Below, in pieces: positions 30,175 to 38,546 of a stretch of 44,564 bases of DNA. The notes below the pieces were generated by a model. It did not search any database, was not told where the DNA came from, and saw only the letters and a list, made by a program, of their open reading frames with translations. The stretch comes from a virus (lineage: Duplodnaviria; Heunggongvirae; Uroviricota; Caudoviricetes). Numbering within the stretch: the first letter of the stretch is position 1; every line of letters begins with the position of its first letter. The position numbers and the translations under genes are program-made. The DNA is taken from IMG/VR virus record IMGVR_UViG_2799113057_000001; one strand, given 5' to 3'.

Positions 30175-30858
30175 TCACGGTCGCCAGTGTTTGACGAAAA
30201 ACGCGTCTCCGTCGGGAGGCGCGGAAACGTCAGCGGGGTTGCCGGTCAACATGCCGATGGGCAGCGGCTCACCCTCGGCGTAGACCTTGAAGCCGTGTTT
30301 GGAATAGAAGCCGGCCAATCCCTGGCGCCGCGCTTCGAACTGTCCGTGCAACATGACGGTGCTCCCGCGCTCTGAGATCTTGAGCGCGCGCTTCACCAGC
30401 CGAGAACCATACCCGCGCCCCTGAAGATCGGGGGAGATGGCAACCAGATGCAGCTTGGCAGTTCTCAGCGCCGTTCCCGTGAAGGATCTAGCCCAATCTG
30501 GCCACGAGTCCAAATCGTTCATATCCAAGGTCTCCCCGGAGTATTTTGCCAGCCGGTCCCACAGCATCTTGTGCGCACCTACCACCATCACGCCGACCGT
30601 CTCGTCTTTCACTCGCAGCGCCTTGATGGTGGTTCGGGCGTAGAACCAATCCTCGAACGCAGTGGTGAGGAGGCGTTCGGTGTTTTCCCGCAATGTGTTC
30701 CCAATGGCGCGACCTAGCGCACCGGATTCCTTGGCGTGGAGTAGATTTTCCCGTTCTTTAGGGCCCCCTGGGCGCCCGCCAGCCAAGGTGTACCAGTCAT
30801 CGAGAGTGTCGATGTCCTGCTCCGCGGCGTCATAGATCGAGAAGTCATCGCGTTTCAT
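30175..30858 (-). CDS. GNAT acetyltransferase
   Basis: LVAISPDLQGRGYGSRL motif A; FYSKHGF. Confidence 0.85.
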   Translation of the reverse strand: MKRDDFSIYDAAEQDIDTLDDWYTLAGGRPGGPKERENLLHAKESGALGRAIGNTLRENTERLLTTAFEDWFYARTTIKALRVKDETVGVMVVGAHKMLWDRLAKYSGETLDMNDLDSWPDWARSFTGTALRTAKLHLVAISPDLQGRGYGSRLVKRALKISERGSTVMLHGQFEARRQGLAGFYSKHGFKVYAEGEPLPIGMLTGNPADVSAPPDGDAFFVKHWRP

Positions 30859-31064
30859 AAGCCCTACTCCTGGATGGACGGGGTCTGGCAGCCGTACGAC
30901 TCGTGTGCGCCATCAGAATCAACGTAGCTATCGGCCAGATCGCAGGCAGTCGGACACGCCGCCACTTGGCTCACATGCCCGCGCCGCTGTCGGGACATCT
31001 CGTGCACAACCGATAACTTCCGCCGCGACCCCACGCAGGGGACAGCGACAAGGGAGAAGCGACT

Positions 31065-31817
31065 GTGCGTGAGATGTGGGAACTGCCCGGACTGAATCTG
31101 AAGCAGAAGGCCGCACGTAGCGGACTAGTGATCGCGCTCGTGTGGGCGCTGGCAGCTGTGCCGCTCGTCGCCTGGCTGGTGCTGCGGGATCCGGTGCTAC
31201 CGCCACCTCCGCCCGAACGTGAGCTGTCCGTGATGGAGCTTGCCGCGGTAGCCGACGCACGCTCCGAGCTCAGCAACGGCTTCGTTCATGTCGAGAGCCA
31301 AGTCACCACCGCGGTGGCCCGCTTCGAAGTGACCGAGACCGTCCAGGCCGCCACCGGCGACTCGATCGGCAAGGTGCGATCCGGAGCGGAATCGGCGGAC
31401 CTGCTGGTCGCGGCGAACCTGGTGTACCTGCGTGGAAACTCCTCGTTCTGGGCCTCGATCGGTGTACCGACCGCTTTCGAGGGATGGGTGAACGTCGGAG
31501 AGCTTTTCGGCGACATCGCCTTCCCGTTGCGCACCGCGACAGCCGCGCTGCTGCCCGGCCGCCAAGCTCGCGTGGAGAACACAGTTCCCGGCAGCACCCA
31601 GACCGTGTATCGCGCCGAGAAGGCGACTGCGGTGTTCACCGCAGCTGGGGTCATTTCGATCACGCTCAATGGGCGCACCGCCAAGATCACTTCTGGTGCT
31701 GCCGATGTGGCCGGCCCTATCGCTGGTGCACGGACGGAGACGGCCGGGGCCGGAAGGCTCATCGGGTCGTCGGGAGCGTGGACCGTTGCCGAGCCTGCTC
31801 CGCCAGCGCCCAAGTAG
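31065..31817 (+). CDS. membrane-anchored exported protein (LppX/LprA-like beta-rich, tentative)
   Basis: TM helix, Pro linker, LVYLRGNSSFW. Confidence 0.6.
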   Translation: MREMWELPGLNLKQKAARSGLVIALVWALAAVPLVAWLVLRDPVLPPPPPERELSVMELAAVADARSELSNGFVHVESQVTTAVARFEVTETVQAATGDSIGKVRSGAESADLLVAANLVYLRGNSSFWASIGVPTAFEGWVNVGELFGDIAFPLRTATAALLPGRQARVENTVPGSTQTVYRAEKATAVFTAAGVISITLNGRTAKITSGAADVAGPIAGARTETAGAGRLIGSSGAWTVAEPAPPAPK

Positions 31818-31883
31818 CGGGCACGGACAGAGCTCCAGCGTGGTGCGCGGCATTGTCGCCGGCGACTGCGATACTGACTCACC

Positions 31884-32126
31884 GTGAGCGAACCCACCCC
31901 AGTGCACACTCGTGAAACGCCGAAACGTCGCGGTGTCACGCTCGCGGACATTACGTCGATGGTTCGACTTCCGGGGCGTCCGGCCACGTTTGTCACGTAC
32001 ACCGCAGATGAAGAAGATGTCGCACGCGAGCAGGCCGAAAGCGAAGGCGCCGAATACATTCCGTTGCCTGTGCCGGACCCCGTGTGGGACTGGGAGACTG
32101 GCCGGCCTTCAGGCTCAGCTGGATAA
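31884..32126 (+). CDS. small hypothetical protein
   Basis: 80 aa, coding-like. Confidence 0.55.
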   Translation: MSEPTPVHTRETPKRRGVTLADITSMVRLPGRPATFVTYTADEEDVAREQAESEGAEYIPLPVPDPVWDWETGRPSGSAG

Positions 32127-32131
32127 TTCCG

Positions 32132-32809
32132 TCAGCTGGGGGTCTGTTCGTTCATCCAGTACTCGGGGAGGAACTCGTATCTGCCATGTTGGATTTCGGC
32201 CCTGAACCGTCCAAGAATCGGATGGTCTTGAGGCCATCTCGCAATCTGCTCGATGTACCACCCGCGCCAGTCGACATTTACACCTCCGGCGGATAGTCCT
32301 GCCAGGTAAGAGCCGGTCAGGCTGGTCCTCTGACCGATGTAGGTCCACTCGCGGGTGCGGCGGGTGTCATCTCCGCGATTGTCGTGCGGGGACACCGTGT
32401 CGAGTATTTTCTCGGCCAATATGCCGGTTAGTGCCAAGGGCCCGACCATGTCGGCATCGCGCATGGAGTTCAAGTGGATTTGAACTTGGTTCACATAATC
32501 GAGTGCAAGTGTCTTGTGCGCAACGGCATACCAGCTATCGAGAGACTGCCGCCATGGTGCCTGATTCGGTTCCCACGGCATGAGCGGCAAGTTCTGCAAC
32601 TCTGCAATGGCTGTTGATTCTGCGTCCGCCTGCACCCCCGTAGCAGCGAATTGGGCTGATATTGACTGCAGGTTGGAACGCCAATTCGGGTCGAGCCGTC
32701 CGAAACGCGCCTGGCGCAGCTGCTCCATGAGATGTCGACAGCGTGAAGCCGCGTAACTGTAGTTGGAAATCCTGTTATTGAAGTCCCCCGCGGACCATGC
32801 AGCAGTCAT
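32132..32809 (-). CDS. stand-alone paralog of the XRE C-terminal domain
   Basis: WEP.QA.WR..L.SWY, RT.LT.SYLAGL.AGG...DWR.WY..QI..WP, LPEYW shared with 27918 protein; start ATG 32809. Confidence 0.8.
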   Translation of the reverse strand: MTAAWSAGDFNNRISNYSYAASRCRHLMEQLRQARFGRLDPNWRSNLQSISAQFAATGVQADAESTAIAELQNLPLMPWEPNQAPWRQSLDSWYAVAHKTLALDYVNQVQIHLNSMRDADMVGPLALTGILAEKILDTVSPHDNRGDDTRRTREWTYIGQRTSLTGSYLAGLSAGGVNVDWRGWYIEQIARWPQDHPILGRFRAEIQHGRYEFLPEYWMNEQTPS

Positions 32810-32828
32810 GGCAAGACGGTACGGGCAC

Positions 32829-32894
32829 GGTAGCTGGCGAACAAGAACCCCAGAGCGTGTGATGTCGCGCGGAGCCGGAGGGACTCGAAACCTC
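32829..32894 (-). repeat. direct repeat copy 1 (tRNA-Ser 3' end plus downstream leader)
   Basis: Near-identical to 33728-33792. Confidence 0.85.
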
Positions 32895-33005
32895 CTCGAC
32901 CATCCAGAAAATGTCGGCTGCTTGCCGATACGTGTTTCATTCGGGTGTAGACAGGTGGTGTTCAGTGCCGAAAATGCGCGAAGCTGCGGTGTGTTGTTGC
33001 CGGCG

Positions 33006-33407
33006 TCAACGCCGGTCAGCATCGGGCCGAGAGTTGCTACCGCCTCGCTGGGCATTGGGATCATGGGTGGTTTCTTGTAGCGCTCTGGCCCGTCGTACAA
33101 GTCGGGTGGCGGTGACCAACCCGAGTCGGGGATCAGCTGCTCGCATCGCCTTCACCGCGCTGACTTGATCATGATGACCTGCGATCACATCCTGCACCTT
33201 GGCGTCGGTCCATTCAGCGGCCAGCTGTTCTTGTTCGGCGGCCGATCTCTCCGAGTTCCGGTTGTCGTAGACCCACCACAGACCCACCGGCAGCGCCAAG
33301 GCCCCGATCACAACACCGAACCAGTCATGATCAATGATGTTAGCCACGATTAGTATCTGCGCCCCGATGGCGGTGAGCCATGCCCAGTACCTTTCAAATC
33401 GACGCAT
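33006..33407 (-). CDS. two-TM membrane protein
   Basis: Two hydrophobic segments, then a helical C-terminal domain. Confidence 0.7.
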   Translation of the reverse strand: MRRFERYWAWLTAIGAQILIVANIIDHDWFGVVIGALALPVGLWWVYDNRNSERSAAEQEQLAAEWTDAKVQDVIAGHHDQVSAVKAMRAADPRLGLVTATRLVRRARALQETTHDPNAQRGGSNSRPDADRR

Positions 33408-33727
33408 TACTTGACCTTTGTCTCTGAGTGAATTGTTTGTCGTGTTCGTCAGTACGGCACTTGATGGGTCTCTGGGGCAGCAGGCGCAACAGCAATCTTG
33501 TCGGTACGGCGGCGATCCTCGACGGTGAACCCGTTATCGCGATCGTTCAGGATCTTGCGGCCGCAACGAAAGTACGGACGCTGCCCACTGTGCGCCCCAA
33601 CCGCTCAGCAGCCAGCGGCGCCAGCACGGACGTATCCAACGCCAACGTCCGTTCCGCCTCAGGAACCGGTCGACCCATCACCACCGTCCTCCGAGTACGT
33701 TAGCCATGGGCCAAACAGTACGGCGAG

Positions 33728-33792
33728 GGTAGCTGGCGGACAAGAACCCCAAAGCGTGTGATGCCCGCGGAGACGGAGGGACTCGAACCCTC
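33728..33792 (-). repeat. direct repeat copy 2 (overlaps the intact tRNA-Ser 3' end)
   Basis: See 32829-32894. Confidence 0.85.
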
Positions 33793-33853
33793 GGCCGATG
33801 TAGGTCGACTACGCGCTAGCAACGCGCTGCATTCGCCGCTCTGCCACGTCTCC
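33768..33853 (-). tRNA. tRNA-Ser(GCT)
   Basis: Cloverleaf, long variable arm, G73. Confidence 0.9.
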
Positions 33854-33859
33854 AAATTT

Positions 33860-33887
33860 GTTATATCGCAATGCAATCGGATGTCAT
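33860..33887 (-). promoter_or_regulatory. promoter ATGACA-N16-TATAAC for tRNA-Ser
   Basis: -10 ends 6 nt before the tRNA 5' end. Confidence 0.55.
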
Positions 33888-33898
33888 TGTTGCGCCCG

Positions 33899-34534
33899 TC
33901 AGGGCAACAGCTCATGCACTGGCACGCTCAGTGCAGATGCGATGGCATACAACTTCTTGAGGTCCAACGACCGGCGTCCGGATTCAATGTCGGATACGCC
34001 CGACTGCATGACACCCAATACGCCCGCTAGGGCGGCCTGGGGAAGTCCTTTATCGCTGCGCAGAGCGGCGATCTTGCGGCCCACGATTGCGTCGTAGTCC
34101 GGGGGATAGTCCCAGTCCCGCGCTGCTGCTTCTGCAGCGGCGAAAGGGACCAGAGCCTCCGGTAGTGGAGCTAGCACCAAGGCGCGCCGCTCACTATCGC
34201 CGATCGTGGACACCACGCCGGCGACGGTGAAAACCTGCGGATTGTCCAGAACCGCACACAGCGCCTTGACAACGTTCGGTTGGAAAATGGTGACTTGGCT
34301 GTAGAGGCTGGCGGCATGGTTGTGGTCCTCTAGCACCGCTATATCGGCGACGATCGCCGTTGCTCTACCGTCGTGGCTCCATCGCGATGCGTAAACGTGT
34401 CTGGACAAGGGGCGGATCAGCACTGCGGCGTCGACCAAGCCGCGAAGGCTAAACACGTCGCCCGTATGCCAAGGCGCATCAGCCTCGCGGACGATATCGG
34501 TGGGGTGCGCGATGCTCGTATCGGGGTAGGTCAT
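33899..34534 (-). CDS. protein with C-terminal XRE HTH
   Basis: GRKIAALRSDKGLPQAALAGVLGVMQSGVSDIESG; GGAGGAG RBS before ATG 34534. Confidence 0.85.
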   Translation of the reverse strand: MTYPDTSIAHPTDIVREADAPWHTGDVFSLRGLVDAAVLIRPLSRHVYASRWSHDGRATAIVADIAVLEDHNHAASLYSQVTIFQPNVVKALCAVLDNPQVFTVAGVVSTIGDSERRALVLAPLPEALVPFAAAEAAARDWDYPPDYDAIVGRKIAALRSDKGLPQAALAGVLGVMQSGVSDIESGRRSLDLKKLYAIASALSVPVHELLP

Positions 34535-34546
34535 GTCCACTCCTCC

Positions 34547-34567
34547 AGTATCTGTTTGGCAGATACT
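34547..34567. promoter_or_regulatory. palindrome AGTATCTG-N5-CAGATACT, probable XRE operator
   Basis: Perfect 8-bp arms immediately upstream of the XRE RBS. Confidence 0.55.
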
Positions 34568-34612
34568 ATCATCTATCCAAAAGATACGGCCAGGTAGTGT
34601 GCAAAACCAACG

Positions 34613-34686
34613 TCGGGGTAGACGGATTTGAACCGCCGGTCTCCTCGTCCCGAACGAGGCGGATTGCCAAGCTTTCCCATACCCCG
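34613..34686 (-). tRNA. tRNA-Pro(CGG)
   Basis: Cloverleaf; loop TTCGGGA. Confidence 0.9.
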
Positions 34687-34712
34687 AATCAGACACTGCA
34701 CGTGTCCGTTAG

Positions 34713-34786
34713 AGCCCTCAACCGGAATCGAACCGGTGACCTGCTCATTACGAGTGAGCCGCTCTGGCCAACTGAGCTATGGGGGC
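34713..34786 (-). tRNA. tRNA-Thr(CGT)
   Basis: Cloverleaf; loop CTCGTAA. Confidence 0.9.
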
Positions 34787-34808
34787 GCTGCTGGCCGGTG
34801 GACCAGTG

Positions 34809-34882
34809 TGGAGTCTCCGGCCGGACTTGAACCGGCGTAGACGGCTTTGCAGGCCGCTGCTTAACCACTCGGCCACGGAGAC
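34809..34882 (-). tRNA. tRNA-Cys(GCA)
   Basis: Cloverleaf; encoded CCA. Confidence 0.9.
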
Positions 34883-34910
34883 AGGACCCGCGCTAGCGCG
34901 GGTGTAGGGA

Positions 34911-35294
34911 CTAGTCCCACCATCCGCCGCTGTACATCCCGTGGCGGCAGGCGACACGGTTGTCGATCACGCTCTCGTCGACCTCGCCGCCGTACAAAGC
35001 GTCGCGGGTAAGCGAGCGCAGCGTGTTCCGTCGAGCCGCGCGCTCAGCGGAATACCACGAACGCCGAGCGGACTGGCGATATCTACTCTCGGAGAACAGC
35101 TTCCGATTCAACATGGGTTCGTGCGCGGGTTCCCAGCGGCACCCGGTGTCGGTGAACGACCATGGATCGTCAGGGAGATCGCACGGGAACCGCGCGTGAA
35201 GGCGGTGGAGGTCGTCGCACATGTGCACGGCGCGCATCGCCCGTATGTCGTTCATCTGGACCCGCCAAGGGCGAGTCTTGTCGGTCTTGGACAT
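34911..35294 (-). CDS. basic hypothetical protein (MSKTDKTRPW family)
   Basis: 127 aa with Cys/His/Trp pattern; lies between tRNAs. Confidence 0.7.
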   Translation of the reverse strand: MSKTDKTRPWRVQMNDIRAMRAVHMCDDLHRLHARFPCDLPDDPWSFTDTGCRWEPAHEPMLNRKLFSESRYRQSARRSWYSAERAARRNTLRSLTRDALYGGEVDESVIDNRVACRHGMYSGGWWD

Positions 35295-35422
35295 CGAATT
35301 CTTCTGCCTTTCGGCAGGCTGCCCGCAGCTTCCGTACGGCTACGAGGAAAGCAGCCGCATCTAGGTGAAGCGACCCATGGCGTTCTCCTTTGTTCGTTCG
35401 AGTAGGGCTTTCCGCTGCTCGT

Positions 35423-35500
35423 TGGTCGGGCTGGCGCGATTCGAACGCGCGATTTCCTGGCCCCCAGCCAGGCGGATTGACCAAGCTTTCCCACAGCCCG
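35423..35500 (-). tRNA. tRNA-Pro(GGG)
   Basis: Cloverleaf; CCA. Confidence 0.9.
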
Positions 35501-35580
35501 TGGATCTTTCGATGCTGTCCGGCACGCTCTGTTGTTGTGCCGAGACGGTGACGACACGCCGGTGTCGGTGTCGAACTCGG

Positions 35581-35653
35581 TGCCCCCGGCCGGATTCGAA
35601 CCGGCAACCATCGGAGTAGAAAGCCGGTGCGCTATCCGTTGCGCCACGGAGGC
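35581..35653 (-). tRNA. tRNA-Arg(TCT), weak anticodon stem
   Basis: Cloverleaf; two anticodon-stem mismatches. Confidence 0.75.
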
Positions 35654-35763
35654 ATGCTCGTGCAGACGCGGTCGCACTGCGCCCGATCCTCGCCTAGTGC
35701 ACTAACCCTGGTCGACAACGTTTACCTGTCAGGTTCCGTCCAGTGCATCATGCTGACCTCGTC

Positions 35764-36054
35764 TCAGAGCCAGCGTCCCGTCAGGGCATGTGCTCTGTAG
35801 GCGTCGATGAACTCATACGATCCACCGGAGCAATCGAATTTGAGATACCCGGTGTCGTCAGCTGTGTCCACGTAAAAGACGAGAATCCAACCGCCGTCAA
35901 ACTTGACGAGGTGTGATGGCCGGTTGAAGTCACGTCGTCCCGGCAAGAAATCCTCGAGATAGCTACGTAGCGTCGCGTTGACGGTGAACGAGGCGATTAT
36001 CGCTTCGAGACTCCGATCATCACCGTGGATGGTCGGGTAGATGGTGGTTGGCAT
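35764..36054 (-). CDS. hypothetical protein
   Basis: 96-aa ORF between tRNAs. Confidence 0.6.
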   Translation of the reverse strand: MPTTIYPTIHGDDRSLEAIIASFTVNATLRSYLEDFLPGRRDFNRPSHLVKFDGGWILVFYVDTADDTGYLKFDCSGGSYEFIDAYRAHALTGRWL

Positions 36055-36135
36055 GTCCTAAGGATCGGTCGCAACATCGTGGTTGGTTGTGTCCGGCGCG
36101 ATTGTGGGCTTAGCCGCCAAGTGCGCACCGAACAG

Positions 36136-36211
36136 TGGGGCGACGTGTCGGGATCGAACCGACGACTACCGGTTCCACAAACCGGGGCTCTGCCGCTGAG
36201 CTAACGCCGCC
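36136..36211 (-). tRNA. tRNA-His(GTG)
   Basis: G-1:C73; CCA. Confidence 0.9.
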
Positions 36212-36346
36212 ATGGCGAGCCGGGGGACAGGCCCAGCCCGGGCCGCTGTCTACGCGCCGTCTGTCCCCGGACACGCAGGCGGAGCCACCCGCACCCGGCA
36301 TCTCAGCCGAGCGGTTCCCGTGCGGTTGTGAGCCGGTTGGGTTGCG

Positions 36347-36434
36347 CGGAAGGTAGAGGTGTCGAGCCCCCGAGGACTCCCGTCCCCGCATGCCGGTTTT
36401 CAAGACCGGGTGCGCCGCCGGGCGCGTACCTTCC
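36347..36434 (-). tRNA. tRNA-Ser(TGA), 8-bp acceptor / 4-bp T-stem
   Basis: GGAAGGTA/TACCTTCC, GGGG-CTCGACA-CCTC, long V arm, G73. Confidence 0.8.
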
Positions 36435-36465
36435 AAATGTTCTGGCCCACAACGGGCAGAACTCG

Positions 36466-36538
36466 TTGCTCCGGCGGGACTTGAACCCGCGACTTTCGCA
36501 TTATGAGTGCGGAGCTCTACCAACTGAGCTACGGAGCG
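36466..36538 (-). tRNA. tRNA(CAT), Met or Ile2
   Basis: Loop CTCATAA; identity not resolvable by eye. Confidence 0.85.
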
Positions 36539-36740
36539 TTGATCCGCCCAGTGCGATGAGCGGAGGTCTCGTTCGAGTACTACAGATCGCGCTTCTTTCC
36601 GTGTTTCCGGTGACCACACCGGGGATTTGCCCGGGTTCCGGGCATCCCGTCTCCCCGGTTTCTAAGCTCGGGAAGACATCGAATCTGTGAAACCGCGCCA
36701 GAGCGGCAGCTATGCGAGTTTGGTCAGTAGCCTCCCGCGC

Positions 36741-37130
36741 GTGCCATACGCAGACAAAGAGGCTCAGCGCAGATACCAACTCGAATGGATTGCGAGGAAC
36801 CGGAGCGAGTGGATCGCCGCGCACGGCCCGTGCGCCATCTGTGGATCACCGGAGTCACTCGAGGTCGATCACATCGATCGTGGAACTAAGATCAGCCATC
36901 GCATCTGGAGTTGGTCAGAGGCGCGAAGGCTCGCCGAACTGGCGAAATGTCAAGTGTTGTGCCGCAATTGCCACTCAAGTAAGACTGCCATTGAGAATTC
37001 CGGCGCGGGGTATACCCACGGAACACACTCCGCGTATGCGTCAACAAAGAACCGCAACGGTTGTCGTTGCGATCGGTGTAAAGCAGCCCATGCTGAATAT
37101 CAGCGGCGGTATCGATCCCGTGCGGCTTAG
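36741..37130 (+). CDS. HNH endonuclease, antisense to the tRNA array
   Basis: CAIC...LEVDHID...CQVLCRNCH; C-terminal HGT..Y...CRCDRC; start GTG 36741 (track 36687). Confidence 0.85.
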   Translation: MPYADKEAQRRYQLEWIARNRSEWIAAHGPCAICGSPESLEVDHIDRGTKISHRIWSWSEARRLAELAKCQVLCRNCHSSKTAIENSGAGYTHGTHSAYASTKNRNGCRCDRCKAAHAEYQRRYRSRAA

Positions 37131-37136
37131 GTGTCG

Positions 37137-37211
37137 TTGCGGAGGCAGGATTCGAACCTGCGACTTCGTGGTTATGAGCCACGCGGGCTGACCAAGCTGC
37201 CCTACTCCGCT
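37137..37211 (-). tRNA. tRNA-fMet-like (CAT)
   Basis: Unpaired 1:72, initiator-like D arm; TGG/CCA in place of GGG/CCC in the anticodon stem. Confidence 0.8.
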
Positions 37212-37271
37212 CCTGCGCCTGACACCTCTGAATCGCAGCGGCGCACACCGCGGAGGTGGAGTGTCTACCGA

Positions 37272-37475
37272 TCAGATCGGGATGCTGTTTCGGGCGGCGG
37301 ACTGGGCATCGACGTCAGGAGAGCACGTCATCGCACCGCTGGGGTGTTCGGCCACTATGTAGCCGCTGGGGCAGCAGGCTGTTTGGTCTGGGAGGCAGCG
37401 CGGCCCCGCGCTGGCGGATGGAGCGAAGATCAACAAGGGTGCCGCCGCGATCACAGCGGTGACGCAGAGTTTCAT
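37272..37475 (-). CDS. small secreted Cys-containing protein
   Basis: Signal peptide ending ASA; GGAGGG RBS. Confidence 0.65.
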   Translation of the reverse strand: MKLCVTAVIAAAPLLIFAPSASAGPRCLPDQTACCPSGYIVAEHPSGAMTCSPDVDAQSAARNSIPI

Positions 37476-37599
37476 ATGCCCTCCAAGGTTCGGCGATTGG
37501 TGCGGTTCGAGCACTGGCATATAGCCTCCGCTGCAAGAACTCTCGAATCCACTGCGACCGCGCGACACGCCGACACCGCTAGCTGTCAGCTGGAGCCGT

Positions 37600-37845
37600 T
37601 CATCCGAACGCTCGGCGGGCATCGGCCTCATTGTCGAATAACCGGCAGCCCCACAAGGTCCAGGAACCGTTCTCGTGGTGTACGAGGTTTCCGTACATCG
37701 AATTTCGGTTCTTGGTCGCATTCCACAGTTCCACAGCAGAGTCGAATGACTCCCCGGCCCAGGTACCCAGTGAACGCGCGCGTCCATGCTCTCCGGTGGC
37801 GGCGTATCCCTCGCACCACAGGGTGTACAGCGTCATCGTCGGCAT
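37600..37845 (-). CDS. phage-type conserved small protein
   Basis: LWCEGYAATG...WGCRLFDNEADARRAFG. Confidence 0.7.
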   Translation of the reverse strand: MPTMTLYTLWCEGYAATGEHGRARSLGTWAGESFDSAVELWNATKNRNSMYGNLVHHENGSWTLWGCRLFDNEADARRAFG

Positions 37846-37847
37846 GG

Positions 37848-38444
37848 TTAATCCTCGCCTTTGCGATCGACATCAATGCCCAGCAGCGTGCGCAGAGCCT
37901 CAGCGTTACCCCGTGCGTCGTCGAGTGGATGGTGGGTGTGTCGTGTGCGGCGCAGACTCTTCCATGAGGAGTGATCAGCCCACTTCTGCCGAGTGCCTGC
38001 GTAGAAGTCACCGATGCGCCGCGACGAGTGGCCGAAAAAGACCTCACCCGTCCAGCGGTCAGTGAAGCAGTTCAGCCACATCGCGTCGTAGCCGTTGTTG
38101 TCGCTGACCAGTACCCGGCGTGGTAAACCGAATCCGTCGACCCATGCGCGCAGTGCGCTAGCGACATCGGCCGGTTCCGAACCTGCCACTGCGTTGGCGA
38201 CGTCTTTGCCGTCGACGATCCAGTACGCCTCGCTGATGTAGTCACCCTCGCCGTCGAGATCTGCAACAGGGATCGCGGAGTTGTCCGGATGCGGATGGTT
38301 GCGGTAGATGTGCCCGTAGAACGAAGCGCCCGAAACCAGCTGGACCACGGCGAACTCAGTCATCACACCACTGAACGGTGTGCGCGAGGTGGCCTCCACA
38401 TCGACAATGAACGCAGCTGCGTGTCTCTCGTCCCGCGTTGCCAT
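37848..38444 (-). CDS. DEDDh 3'-5' exoribonuclease (Rv2179c/RNase AS-like)
   Basis: IVDVEATS, SDNNGYD, HTHHPLDDARGNA; start ATG 38444. Confidence 0.8.
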   Translation of the reverse strand: MATRDERHAAAFIVDVEATSRTPFSGVMTEFAVVQLVSGASFYGHIYRNHPHPDNSAIPVADLDGEGDYISEAYWIVDGKDVANAVAGSEPADVASALRAWVDGFGLPRRVLVSDNNGYDAMWLNCFTDRWTGEVFFGHSSRRIGDFYAGTRQKWADHSSWKSLRRTRHTHHPLDDARGNAEALRTLLGIDVDRKGED

Positions 38445-38470
38445 GTTCACTCCGATCGGTTGCCGAACTG

Positions 38471-38546
38471 TGGTGCCCCCAGACGGATTCGAACCGCCGG
38501 CCGTCACGTTAGGACCGTGCCGCTCTGTCCACTGAGCTACAGGGGC
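38471..38546 (-). tRNA. tRNA-Arg(CCT)
   Basis: Cloverleaf; CCA. Confidence 0.9.

Noticed and set aside
32866-32960. Second full tRNA-Ser at repeat copy 1
   Set aside because: Only the T arm and 3' acceptor strand match; the 5' half is unrelated
36545-36690. Possible tRNA-Leu(TAG) (CTTAGAA loop, GGGCAAATCCCC)
   Set aside because: No consistent acceptor or D stems could be folded
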